From Octopus bimaculoides (lineage: Eukaryota): 64,000 bases of DNA. A program made the translations under genes and the position numbers. This document shows positions 25,645 to 38,553 of the stretch, one piece after another. The stretch's first letter is position 1, and the number at the start of each line of letters is the position of its first letter. The notes below the pieces were generated by a model. That model did no database searches, was not told the DNA's origin, and was given only the letters and a program-made list of their open reading frames with translations. Location of the stretch: NCBI RefSeq assembly GCF_001194135.2, contig NC_068982.1:175083733-175147732 (forward strand), in the 5' to 3' direction.

Positions 25645-26676
25645 AAATTATATAGGCAACGTTGCAAATACATTATATGCTACATATTTTATTAGTGACG
25701 GTGTTATCATTATTGTTGTTGTTCAACCCCAGGTCAGCTCTGATCGGGCAGACATTCCAGCCGTGACTAGGTCGTCTTTCTATATATATCGGAGATTCTA
25801 TCTAAATTAATCCATATCGTTTAAACAGTATATTTGATGGAGATTTGTCTGCTATTTCTAGCAAATTGATCAACCGCTTAGAGATTCCCTTGGTCTGTGG
25901 TTGTAGCTGTTATATCAATTATGGTAGTACTCGGGTTATTAGTTGTAGATTTGGTGGTGTTTGTGATGATGATGATGGTGGTAATGATGGTAGGATTATT
26001 GGTTGTGGCGGTGGTGATGGTGGTGATAGTTGTAGTGGTAAAGGTGGTGGTTGTAGTAGAAGTGATTGTGATTTTGATGTTTCAATATTTTGTGTTTCCT
26101 CTGAGCCCACCTGAAAAATTATAGCCCAGGCTGTTTCTACCTGAAGATTCATTACCCTAGGATATCCCAATGGAAAATCATCTCCCTGCCGATATCTGGG
26201 GTGACAGTTTTTCAAGGGGCTTCATTTTATGGTTAGCTTGCATGTGCAGTTAAGAATTGTCAATGATGAACACATAGAAACCGAAATGAATCATATATTA
26301 GAAAGAAGTATGATAAGTTTATGAAGCAAACGGGTTATGCAACACTTCATATCTCCTGTTATATCTCTTGTTTGTCTAACAAATAGAAAATAAATAAGAG
26401 AACAGCTGGTTTGATTGAAATCTAGAAAATTAAAGAGAGAAACCGAAAATCTGATCATGGCAGCATAAGAAGAAACGATTAAAACAAATATTGTTTGAGC
26501 AAACACAGGCAAACTCGATCAAGATGGTAAGACTTGGATAACTGGGAAAATGATGAAATAGGGAACTGATAGTCATACAGACACTGTGAAGTTATTACAG
26601 TTCTATATTTAAGAGATGAGGTATTATTTACATTATTTACATTTGACGGATATTCGTCCTCATCTTGCTTGTTGTT

Positions 26677-26722
26677 AACACAACGTTTCGGCTGATATAC
26701 CCTCCAGCCTTCGTCAGGTGTC
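26677..26722 (-). ncRNA. Minimal type I hammerhead ribozyme motif (tail copy)
   Basis: GACAC-CTGACGA-A-GGCTG-gagggtatat-CAGCC-GAAA-CG-TT-GTGTT. Stem I is GACAC/GTGTT, stem II is GGCTG/CAGCC, stem III is the palindrome ACGT and the triplet is GUU. There is one extra A after the CUGACGA core. Confidence 0.8.
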
Positions 26723-26801
26723 TGGGGGAAATTTCGAACCTGGGTTCTCATTCCTATCGATGTTACTATTATTATTACTATTACTATTATTATTATTAAT
26801 C

Positions 26802-26875
26802 AGGTCGCTGCCGTGAATCGAACTCGGAACCTTGGGGTTAGTAGCCCGTGCTCTTAACCACTACGCCATATGCCC
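26802..26875 (-). promoter_or_regulatory. tRNA-like head with internal Pol III A and B boxes
   Basis: GGGCATA-TGGCGTAGTGG-TTAAGAGCACGGG-CTACTAA-CCCCAAGGTT-CCGAG-TTCGATT-CACGG. A box, B box, an anticodon-like loop and a T-stem are visible, but there is no acceptor-stem pairing. Confidence 0.8.
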
Positions 26876-26980
26876 GTGCGCAATTATGGGGTGAATTTTA
26901 AGGCTTATAAATCTATTATATATAATAATAATAATAGTAACATCGATAGGAATGAGAACCCAGGTTTGTAATTTTCCAAA

Positions 26981-27026
26981 GACACCTGACGAAGGCTGGA
27001 GGGTATATCAGCCGAAACGTTGTGTT
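26981..27026 (+). ncRNA. Minimal type I hammerhead ribozyme motif (inverted copy)
   Basis: GACACCTGACGAAGGCTGGAGGGTATATCAGCCGAAACGTTGTGTT, identical to the reverse complement of 26677-26722. Confidence 0.8.
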
Positions 27027-27600
27027 AACAGCAAACAAGATGAGGACGAATATCCGCCAAATGTAAATAATGTAAATACTGTGAAGTTAGTTGGAAACTT
27101 GGAATCGAAGCAGAAGGAAACTTGTATAAATAATAACCTAGTACAATCATTAACTGATATTTAAAATTACTGTTCATTTTTTAAATAGCGTTGTTTGAGG
27201 AGGAACAGTAGCGCTGGTGATGCTTTTCAAGATCTCTGAGACTAGCGGGAGCAAGGGAAGAAGTTGTCAGCAGACCAGAGACAAGGTCCAAATATTTGTA
27301 GAAGAGTGAAGTCCACAAAAGTTACCTAAAAGCAGTTAATGGCATTAAACCAGGTGACGAAGTAAGTCTGCATTCAAAATAGCTGACGGGCTTCGATAGT
27401 TTACGTCTCTAAATTTTACTCAAATGGAGACTTTGGTTAATTCAAAGATATGAAAGAAGACACTTACTCAAGGTGTCGTTCAGTGGGATTGTCCCGATAC
27501 ACGAAATTCCGAAGCTAATTTCGTAATTTCAATCATGCTTGTATATATTTCGATGTATAAACTGAGAATGTAGTAGAAGCATGGAAACAATTGTGATAAT

Positions 27601-27816
27601 GGTTTCAAATTTTGGTAGAAGGCCGGACATTTTAGGGAAGAAGCTTAATCGATTACATCGATCCCAGTGTTCAACTGGTACTTATTTTATCGACCTCGAA
27701 ACGATGACAGGCAGAGTCGACCTTGGCAAAATTTGAGCTCAGAACCTAAAGATCCCGAAGGAATACCGGTAGGCATTTTATTTCACGCAGTAAGGATTCT
27801 GCCAGCTCGCCGCTTT
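27601..27816 (-). mobile_element. Family C SINE
   Basis: Full family C body. TSD AATTGTGATAAT at 27589-27600 and 27817-27828. Confidence 0.88.
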
Positions 27817-27864
27817 AATTGTGATAATAATAGAGAAAATGAAAAAAAAAAAAGATAATAATAA

Positions 27865-28150
27865 TAACAAATTCAATATTATCGATTTTTCAATATCACA
27901 ATCTAACAGAGTTGAAGTAAACCAAAGAGAAAAGACTGAACATCATCTAGATTTAACAGAAAACTGAGGAGACTGAGTTATAAGGTTGAAAATCTTCACA
28001 GTTGTTATAGGAATACTTGGAACAACACCTAACAACTGCTCTGAGGCTGGGTGATACATGGAACTGAAACCCGGGAAGTGGCATTGCAAAAATTTACTAT
28101 TCCCTCTTCTCCAAGAATCAAACGCAAAATTCTTGAGAGTTGAGGAAGCT
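27865..28150 (+). mobile_element. R4/Dong-like (restriction-like endonuclease) LINE 3' remnant
   Basis: Broken translation IIDFSISQSNRVEVNQREKTEHHLDL...LRRL...IFTVVIGILGT...LQK resembles the RLE tail pattern IID.AIP.D..V..KE.EK..KY.DL..EL.RLW...V.PVVIGALG. It follows a (TAA)n run. Confidence 0.5.
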
Positions 28151-29652
28151 TGTCACTAAACAAGTAAACACGACACTGTTTACTATTTTTTACAATGACA
28201 ATAATTCTATATCTCTTATATATTTTCGTTAATAGTCATTTTCTGTCTTGCAATTCTGTTTTTGTTTCCAAGACAGAAGGACGATGCTTTCCGTGTCTCG
28301 ATAGAGACTATTAACATTTAGAAATAAAGTTATTGAACGGTTTCTAGAAAGTTCTGACGTGGCACAAAAGCTTTATTATTTGTAAAGTATGATACCCATA
28401 TCTCTCTCGAGGTTATTAGTACCGTAGGAGAAGATATGTAACTGCGAAATTCAAAACTTCACAGTGTACTCGATTCAGTGAAAGCTTTGAAACTGGTCAA
28501 CGACTCTTATATGTACATGGACTAACGATAGGACTTTACAAATATATTAGATCCTAATACTACATAATAAAAAATGATAAGTATGAAGCACCCCTCCTCC
28601 TCCAAAAAAAAAAAAGAAAAACACTAAAAAACCTCGATGTAAAATCAGTTTTCAGTAACCGACGATTTCAATAATCCTTACTTATGGCATAAGGCTTTTA
28701 CCTTTTTTATGACATTCAATGGTGCGCAGCAACGAAAGCAATGCATTGAAACACTGTACATAATGAAAAGTAATCTTCTAATATCGGATATTTATGAGCC
28801 GCTTAAGTGGATAAAAGGCAATTAGGGGTGAAAAGAAGTTGAGAATTTTTAAATCTAAAATTTTTAATGGACATAATTCATTAATTACTCGACACAAATG
28901 CAGGAAACTAGGTGTAATCATAACGTTGTAAATTATCCGGAAAAAAAAATGAATACATAATACCGTGAATACCATGAATTTGATGAAAAACAAGGCACAT
29001 GATCATACAAGAGCCTCTCACTTATTTCAGTAAGGAATATTCATGGAAATAAAATTCTAATGTGTTTATACATTTAACGTTTATTGAAATCTGTAGCTAG
29101 AATGTATTCGAAAAATATATTTTTCAAATTAAAATACAGCTAAAAATAATGATGATGTTTGAGTAAATGTTATATTTGCAACAAATAGCAGTTTCGATAT
29201 TCTATAGTCCGAAGGCGAGAAATATATTAGCCAAAGATTTACTACATCGCTTGTGGTAGAGCACAAACTACTGGTCTTCCTGTTGATCTTCCGCTATTAA
29301 ATCGGACAAAATTGCCTCTAACAGTATTAAAAAAATGTATCAATCTAAATTTCTATAAGATTCAAATATAAAATGGTCACACACACACGCACACACAAAC
29401 TCAGACGCATACATATATATATCACGTGAAAAACAATATGCTTTTATATTTGAGACTGTAGTTATTGATACTCTTGACCACATAGAATATATCACTTGAT
29501 GCGTGCGATTGGGCCCAACTCAGTTGCTTTGAAAGACTTTGAAACTATTAGTAAAATGTATTGACTGATTTCTATATTTGTAAAAATATATAGCAACTTT
29601 GTATTCGCTGTATCGAGTACATGTCACTTTATATTTGAAACTTGTTTGACTG

Positions 29653-29689
<37 letters not shown>

Positions 29690-29734
29690 TGTGTGTATGT
29701 GTGTGTGTATGTAGGTGAGCGCGCGCGTTAATGC

Positions 29735-29818
<84 letters not shown>

Positions 29819-29820
29819 AC

Positions 29821-30223
29821 TCTTTACTCTCTTTTACTTGTTTCAGTCATTTGACTACGGCCATGCGGGAACACCGCCTTTAGTCGAACAAATATCGACC
29901 CCAGGACTTATTCTTTGTAAGCCTAGTACTTATTCTATCGGTTTCTTTTGCCGAAACGCTAAGTTACGGGGACGTAAACACACTGGCATCTGTTGTCAAG
30001 CGATGCTGGGGGACAAACACAGACACACAAACATATACACACACATACATATATGCATATACATATATACGACGGGCTTCTTTCAGTTTCCGTCTACCAA
30101 ATCCACTCACAAAGCTTTGATCGGCCCGAGGCTATAGTAGAAGACACTTGCCCAAGGTGCCACGCAGTGGGACTGAACCCGGAACTATGTGGTTGGTATG
30201 CAAGCTACTTACCACACAGCCAC
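29821..30223 (-). mobile_element. Family A SINE, full length
   Basis: Reverse complement of 6770-7157, including head, CCTTGGGCAAGTGTCTT, internal microsatellite and tail. Confidence 0.9.
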
Positions 30224-30232
30224 ATATACGCA

Positions 30233-30270
<38 letters not shown>

Positions 30271-30474
30271 TGCGTGTATGCATGAACGTATGTGTATGTT
30301 TGTAGTCATAGGTTAAAACTTGTGTAAAATCCAATTCAAGCGAGGAAGTAGTCAATACAATCAGGTAGGGTTGCAAAACGTCATCGGTTCAAAGCCAAGC
30401 CAGCATAAGTCACCACTCGAAGTTACATGTCCCTGGTTTTTCCTGAGTATTCTATTACTTATGCATGTCTTTTA

Positions 30475-30787
30475 TATTTTACTTATTCCAGTCACAGGGG
30501 CTGCAGCCAAGCTGGGGCACCGCCTTGAATGGCTTAATCACACAAGTCCTTTCCTTGTACACTCTTTCTCTATCTCCCGAATTGCTGAACTACAGGGAAG
30601 TAAACAAACCAACAACGGCTGTCCAGTGGTGGGGAACACACACACACATACACACAGAGTTTCCATGTACCAAATCCACTCACAAGGTTATGGTGGGCCC
30701 GGGGCTATAGCAGGTTTGATCCAGTAAGAGTGGATCCAGGACCATATGGCTGGGAAGTAAACTTCTTACCACACAGCTATGCCTGCG
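30475..30787 (-). mobile_element. Family A SINE variant (degenerate)
   Basis: Retains CAAATCCACTCACAAGG, GGCCCGGGGCTATAG, CTTACCACACAGCTATGCCTGC and the tail GGGGCACCGCCTTGAA. Confidence 0.75.
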
Positions 30788-30832
30788 CCTATGTTTGTAT
30801 GTTTACATATATATTCTTGTATGTATGTAAGT

Positions 30833-30921
<89 letters not shown>

Positions 30922-33084
30922 TATGTACGTACCTGAATACATAGATGCATGTATGATTATATGCTTTGGTTTACAAGAATTAACATACACAAATATAACT
31001 CGTAACTTCTTTGTGAGTTAAAGATCTTTCCTGTAAATTTTTAGAATACTCAGAAACGACTAGTTTTAACCATTTCAGCTGTCATAAGGTTGGAATTTGA
31101 CCAAATGAAACTTCCATATCTGATTGTTGAACACGCAAAAACGACACCCGGCTCTAAGACTTTTCCATAAAAGATTTATCTGTCTTCCTTGTTCCACACA
31201 ACTACAAGATAACGACGGGAATGTGTCATACAAAGGTACAGTGAGCAAAGATATATTGACCAAAGATTATTCTGCGACATTAAAAGATATGGCAGTCAGA
31301 ACTTTCTGCTTTCACAATGTATTTATAGAACCGGTAATATTACCCATGTTTTACGTACTTGAATAGTCTACAGAGGAAATTCATTCCATTAATATGAACA
31401 TCCAAAGTGTTCTGATAGCAAATGAAAACTTCCACATGAAATTCTGATATAAACGGGTCCTCACTCAGAAGAAAAGACAGTCGAGAAGTTAAGATTAGCC
31501 CAGATAATTTTTTAATGTCATTTGTTATTCCGCGTGCATCTGAACTACAGCAATAAAAAAAAAAATACAACGAACAAGTGTTCAAAAATGACGAGTTCAA
31601 AAAAGCATTTTGCAAGTCAAGTCGAGCGTGAATTGCAGAAGCACCCGGTTTCCGATGATCTCTTATGCAACTACAGAAATGCTACATTGCCGTTTTTCAA
31701 CAACAACCTGAAGAGAAAACACTACATTGCAAAATCAAAAGAGTTTAATATGTTTCCTGTAAACTTCAGGATGTTTCTATCAACAGGAAGTGTAGCTCCA
31801 CTTGTATTTGTGGCATTTACACCAAGTCTCTCGCTTTTGGCAAGAGGGAAAGAAAAAGACAGAAAGAGAGAGGGAGAGAGAGAGAAAACTATAGCATATC
31901 TAACGAGCCTTGTGAGGAAAAAGAGACTGAAGACCGCTTAAAACCACAATATGCGACCGAAAATGTCGATTATGCCACACTTATATAGAAGACATACATG
32001 TGATTAACAACTTCCCCAAATGTCAATGCAGCATGACGTTATTGCTAAAACAACATGTAATGCCATCGGTAAAGTAGACTGCCTTGGGATAAATATTGAA
32101 AATATTTCTGTTGCTGATTACAAGTAGTTCTTCCTTCCTGAGCTTCCAATTTACAAGTTTACATCTTTACAAGAATTAACTGCCATAGAAGAAAAAAAAC
32201 AAAAACAAAAGAAAAAGACTCCAAAAAACCTCAAACAAACAAAATACACACAAAAAAAGATTGCGTGTAATTCAATGTGTGTTGCCCCAAAATAATACCC
32301 TAGCGGCTGAATACACCTCTTACTTGAGGCAAAGACCACATTATATTGGACAACAACCTGCAAGCTTGTGCTTTGTGATTTCTCGATTTTCGAATGATAA
32401 TTGGGAACGAATCAACTTGTAAAACCGATAGCTATCTATATACATAATTTCAAAATACAATGAACATTAGTGAAATATTTCCCTCAGATTTTCTTCCAAA
32501 TACAAGCATAACGGAGTTGATATAGATGTTTGGGACAGAAAAAGAAAAATTCTGTACAATTAAAACTGAATATTTTCAAAATCAGTGAAAAATAGAATAT
32601 TTATGAAGAAATACTTCGAAAACTATAGCTTCTATGTGTAAATTATAAATTCATGACACCCAAAATCGTTGGTGCAAGTAGTTATATTAATAAACGCCTC
32701 ATTTGTAATCCTGAAAAGCTAGGGTTTTCAAGCAAAGAACACGACCAGTTAATGCGCTTTTTAAATACAATATGAAAGCGGAAGAGTGAAAATCTATAAA
32801 AATTTTCTAAAATTCAACATGCAAATCTTGTTTTAGCTATCTATATTCTGCGATGAGTATTCTTTGTTACAACCTCCTGCTTTTATAAAAAGATTTCAAA
32901 TAAGAATAAAAAAATATACATCCGCACATACTTAGATNNNNNNNNNNNNNNNNNNNNNNNNNNNNNNNNNNNNNNNNNNNNNNNNNNNNNNNNNNNNNNN
33001 NNNNNNNNNNNNNNNNNNNNNNNNNNNNNNNNNNNNNNNNNNNNNNNNNNNNNNNNNNNNNNNNNNNNNNNNNNNNNNNNNACA

Positions 33085-33530
33085 TACATGCATACATATA
33101 TATAATATGAATATATGCATATATACATGCATATATGGGTATGGGTATAGGACATAAAAAAACATGGACAGAATGAGAAACGAGAACATAAACGAGAACA
33201 TAAAACACAAAACGAGACATGCAACATAAAGAACATTCCCTTCATCAGTTGTCCCCTGTTTTATCTACTCCGCGTTTCGAAGGTAAGGACAAAACGCGAC
33301 TTCGTTAAAACAGTCCTTCCCGCAAAGCAAATTAAATAAAATTTGGGATTTTATGCGGAGGGTGAAAGTGGTAACAAAAACATGACAGTGCGAACAAAAC
33401 AGTAAAAACAAACGGTGAGGGCTGTTTAGCGAAGACGATGTGAAGTACTGAACGCTGGAAAAACGAGCTTTGAGAAGAGACAGATGAAAGCACGTCTTGT
33501 CTTTAGGAAGTAAATGGAAGAAAGAGAGAA
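33085..33530 (-). mobile_element. Family E-related repeat (probable PLE pseudo-LTR region)
   Basis: Minus strand carries CCTTCGAAACGCGGAGTA...CTGATGAAGGG and the same tail end as 3003-3150 and 41889-42123. Confidence 0.5.
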
Positions 33531-34482
33531 TGGTTGTTAGTCACGTGTGATCAACGAGAGAGTCAAGGAGGAACGGTGAAGGGGAGAGGAGAAGAATAGG
33601 GAAAGGGTGGGAGAGAAAAACAGAAAGGAAGAAGGACAAGAGAGGGAGATAGATAGACAGAAAAGAGATAGAATAAGAGTGCACATCGTAATTATTAAGA
33701 TAAAACTTACTTGGAAAAGGATGCGTGACGTTCGATCATATAATAATATAAATACTATATGCATNNNNNNNNNNNNNNNNNNNNNNNNNNNNNNNNNNNN
33801 NNNNNNNNNNNNNNNNNNNNNNNNNNNNNNNNNNNNNNNNNNNNNNNNNNNNNNNNNNNNNNNNNNNNNNNNNNNNNNNNNNNNNNNNNNNNNNNNNNNN
33901 NNNNNNNNNNNNNNNNNNNNNNNNNNNNNNNNNNNNNNNNNNNNNNNNNNNNNNNNNNNNNNNNNNNNNNNNNNNNNNNNNNNNNNNNNNNNNNNNNNNN
34001 NNNNNNNNNNNNNNNNNNNNNNNNNNNNNNNNNNNNNNNNNNNNNNNNNNNNNNNNNNNNNNNNNNNNNNNNNNNNNNNNNNNNNNNNNNNNNNNNNNNN
34101 NNNNNNNNNNNNNNNNNNNNNNNNNNNNNNNNNNNNNNNNNNNNNNNNNNNNNNNNNNNNNNNNNNNNNNNNNNNNNNNNNNNNNNNNNNNNNNNNNNNN
34201 NNNNNNNNNNNNNNNNNNNNNNNNNNNNNNNNNNNNNNNNNNNNNNNNNNNNNNNNNNNNNNNNNNNNNNNNNNNNNNNNNNNNNNNNNNNNNNNNNNNN
34301 NNNNNNNNNNNNNNNNNNNNNNNNNNNNNNNNNNNNNNNNNNNATATATATATATATATATATATACAGACATATATATACACTCACAAGCATATATATA
34401 TGTAAGTGTGTGTGTGTGTATGTTATGTAAATGTGCGCCTGTGTGTATGTTTTTATGTGTATGTATATATAATAAAAATAAT

Positions 34483-34594
34483 TTCTCGGATGGAATTTAT
34501 AAATATACGTCGCTACGTATGTTTCCACAAATCATGTGATTTGTGGAAACGCGCGTAGCGATGTGTTAAATATTTATAAATTCTATCCTAGAAT
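34483..34594. other. Long imperfect palindrome / foldback hairpin (about 110 nt)
   Basis: GGATGGAATTTATAAATAT..CGCTACG..GTTTCCACAAATCA-tg-TGATTTGTGGAAAC..CGTAGCG..ATATTTATAAATTCTATCC. Confidence 0.85.
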
Positions 34595-34787
34595 TATCAT
34601 TATTATATTTATCCCACATTTCTATCGGTATAACCGAGATGCAACCCCCAAAACTAACTCACTAGTTAGTATCATTAGACAGCGGCCGGCGTAATGAATT
34701 AGGAGCTTTATTTGCATACACCTAACGCTACCTTAAACGAATTTAAAAGATATATATGTGTGTGTGTATGCGTGTGTATTCACATGT

Positions 34788-34823
<36 letters not shown>

Positions 34824-35438
34824 ACACATGTGAAGCGATTGGGTACTTTCTATGATATAACTAGCTAGTATTTTCTGGTATCATGCAAAGTTAACTGTGA
34901 TGACTTATTGAATCGATTATGTCTTGTTTATAGTAGTTACTTCAAGCATGACTTTGCTTTCAGGCGACTGTTCTTTTCCTCGGCATCTCACTGGTTGTTT
35001 AAACACCAATCGCAAACAATACCGAGTTTTGGCGCCAAGTTTAGAATTTCAATTCTTGAGCCTGATTTTGCCGATCCCCAAAGTGTAAATGGCATTGATT
35101 TTTATCCTCATTTTACAGGCAAACGAATGTATGAGACTATGTTCGTTCATCATTTTCATTTTGTTTCAACGTTGTTTCTTGATTATTATCGAACTCATAC
35201 TTTGAAATCCATCACACATTTCTGAAAACATTTGGGACTTTACAAAGACAAAATACGTTCAAGCATTTTCTTTTTCCATAACATATTTTCACAATCAGAA
35301 GATAAAGCCACTCTTGATATCATAGTTGTGCTAAAAGATGGAACATCGTAAATTTCAAACTACGGACTGTATTAATGAAACGAAATGTATGTAATGACAT
35401 ACTTATCACCCTCCCTCTCTCTCAAAGACACACACACA

Positions 35439-35482
<44 letters not shown>

Positions 35483-35721
35483 TGCTGAGACCCCTTTCGG
35501 TCATGACTGACTATGGGATTGCACCTAGAAAGTTACCCTCCCAGGCAAGGTTGTTTATGGAAGACCAACAGTTGCCCATGCATACCGGCCTCCCCTCTCC
35601 ACACCACCAGTGTTATCTAAGAGATAAGGCAAAGGCTCGGCACCTGTGACGTCGCAACTCATTTCTACAGCTGAGTGAACTGGAGCAACGTGAAATAAAA
35701 TGTCTTGCTCAAGAAAGCAAC
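35483..35721 (-). mobile_element. Family B SINE middle with a third type of tail (head in gap)
   Basis: Minus strand TTCTTGAGCAAGACATTTTATTTCACGTTGCTCCAGTTCACTCAGCTG, then a tail ending GGTGCAATCCCATAGTCAGTCATGACCGAAAGGGGTCTC. Confidence 0.75.
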
Positions 35722-36818
35722 NNNNNNNNNNNNNNNNNNNNNNNNNNNNNNNNNNNNNNNNNNNNNNNNNNNNNNNNNNNNNNNNNNNNNNNNNNNNNNN
35801 NNNNNNNNNNNNNNNNNNNNNNNNNNNNNNNNNNNNNNNNNNNNNNNNNNNNNNNNNNNNNNNNNTATATATATATATATATATATATATGAGTGTATTG
35901 ATGCGAGCATGCGCATCTGTACATAGGCGCGCACGCGCACGTCTGTACACACGCGCGCGCGCGCATATGCTCACGTGCACACACATATACACGCATACAC
36001 ACACATGCGTATTCATTCATATGTACATATGTATGTTCGCATGCATGCCAGTGTGCGTGCACACACCCATGCGCATGCAAATGTGTTGTCACGCGCGCAC
36101 GTGCGTGAGTACACACGCGCAAAACAAGCGTTGGAGGTTGGTAATTGGCAAGTCCTGCTCATGAGGGTGGTTGGTAGCGGTGACCTTGGTGCAGGTGGTT
36201 TAGTGTAGCAGCTGGTGTTAAGGTGGTATATCCGGGTTGTCGGCAGTCAGAGGCCTGAAATTTGCCAGAAGAGCATATCTCTGGTGACAGCAATACAATA
36301 AATCGTATTTCTGGTTGATGGATACTGCCGGTTATTGGAGGATGTGCAGTTTTTCTCGGAGGCAGAGTTGTCAGTTGGGTGCATATGAAGGAATACGCAT
36401 GTGTGTGCGCTTGCGCGTTCATCCAAGCGTATGTGTGTGTGTGAGAGCTAACGCCCATGTACAGATGCGCACGCTCGCATCAATACACACATGCACGCAA
36501 AACCATATGAGTACGTCTGCACACCCACATATAGAACTATATACTTGCATATGCCGCCCCTTCCTACTTCTCCCCACCCCAACAACCTGACTGATTTCCT
36601 AATCGCCACGTAGTTTATTTCCTGTCCACCATGTGGTATTTGCCAACTAACTGTTGCTCAACATCAAACCACGACACCGCGTGGCCTTTCTCGACCAATC
36701 GCAGGCCACCTCACGGTAATAACAATCAACTTCTGTCATTCAAATTCAAAATGGCTGAAGACCAGCATCACGCTTGTAACTCAAGAGTACCAACAAACTT
36801 GAATCAAACTGTTTTGAT

Positions 36819-36875
<57 letters not shown>

Positions 36876-38509
36876 CACACACATATGTGTACATGTATAT
36901 ATGTATACATATACGTGTATGTATAAATGTGTGTGTGCACAGAACCTTCCTTACACAAACGCACACATATACACACGCGCACTAACACACACACACACAC
37001 ACACACATGTATAATACCCTGCATATTACATATATAAAGAGATGTGAAATATGCTTTTACAATTATAATTTCATAATACCAATAGAAAAAAAAAACGAAA
37101 AATTAAAGCACAGTTAGGAAATATGAATGTAGAATTTTATTTAAGAAAAAATATAATGTTTGTAATTTTTATAAATAGGTATAAAAGTGGCTAACAAAAA
37201 TCTGTAACATTCATGCAGTTCCCAAAAGCAATAACAATAAATTTTTATAAGATTGGCACCAGGCTGTGAAATTTAAGTTATGGAAGAATGAATTTCAGTA
37301 TTAATTTTATTAACAAAAGAAAGATGCAAATCAAAGTGTCCCCTCGATGGGTGTTGATCACTGGTCGTGAAGGGATGTAATTAAATACATAAAACAATGA
37401 TAGTTTTGCACTCTACAGGTTCTATAAATTTACTAAATTAAAAAACAAAACAATAAAAACGTAATATTTTCGCTCTTTTTGTCATAAACCTTTCATATAA
37501 GACATGGCAAATTAACAGACATATATGGTAGTGAATACATAAACAGATATAGGTACATAAGCCGCAATATAATCACCTATACACCTAGATCCACAAACAC
37601 ATCACACACGCACGGGCACGCGCACAAAGTGTGTAAAAACATCGAGTTACAAAAACCGACAGCTGTTTCAATACAGGAAAAGGCTCTAAATATTTCCTTC
37701 AAACGAAACGCTGGGTATCTTCCAAGATTCACCTGTAAATGCTCATCATACAGTACGGTATGACAACCTGGTGCCAGGGATGTGTCCCATTCTGTAGTCA
37801 TCTGGCGACTGCTAGAACACCTAATAGAATTACCAGTTCCGCCCATGATCAACTTTATATTGGAAGGCTAGCTGCCTTACCAACGAGTATCATCGTACTA
37901 GAAGAATAAATTTTCACTTTGTATTTGTGAAACTTTTAGAAATTTAGATCTAAGACAATCTTTTAATGCATCCCACCTACACACAAGATTACACGCATAG
38001 CTATATGGTTAAGAGGTTTGTTTTACTGATTTTTGATTTAAGTTCGATTCCAGTGAGATGCACACTGGGAAAGTGCTTTTCCTGTACCTAGAGCTGGGCA
38101 TTATTGTGAGAGTGGAATTTGGCAGCTGGAAATTGTGCGGAAGCACCTCGTATGTATACATCGATGCATATATATACGTTTACATGTGTGTGTGTATATA
38201 TATATATATATGCACACACTCTCCCCATATACCCATTTGTATGCGTATATTTCTCTATGTTACTGTAAGACACTGCTCAATTGTGTCCGTCTCTTTATAT
38301 CAACAAAATAAGACTTGTGTAAATATGTACTAGACTAAAAAATCTTGTGGGTGGATATGTTTAACTAAAACTATTGAAGTGGGACCCCCAATTAGTATGG
38401 CTGAAGTCCAAATGACTGAAACTAACAAAAGTGAGTATACACACTCTCATACGTATGTATGTATGTATGTATGTATGTATGTATGTATGTATGTATGTAT
38501 GTATGTATG

Positions 38510-38553
<44 letters not shown>

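Larger units (their letters stand above)
26595..27077 (-). mobile_element. tRNA-headed, hammerhead-tailed non-autonomous retroelement with an inverted 5' copy of its tail
   Basis: Perfect 12-bp TSD ACTGTGAAGTTA at 26583-26594 and 27078-27089. Inverted arms lie at about 26624-26778 and 26926-27077. The spacer holds a tRNA-like head on the minus strand (26875 to 26802). Confidence 0.85.

Noticed and set aside
26802-26875. Functional tRNA gene (and likewise the other SINE heads)
   Set aside because: No acceptor-stem complementarity and a weak anticodon stem. It is embedded in a TSD-flanked insertion, so it is treated as a SINE-type head.
37746-37808. Short minus frame SPDDYRMGHIPGTR resembling the rhodanese GHIPG motif
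   Set aside because: Only about 20 codons bounded by stops, with weak splice signals and no other rhodanese segments found nearby.
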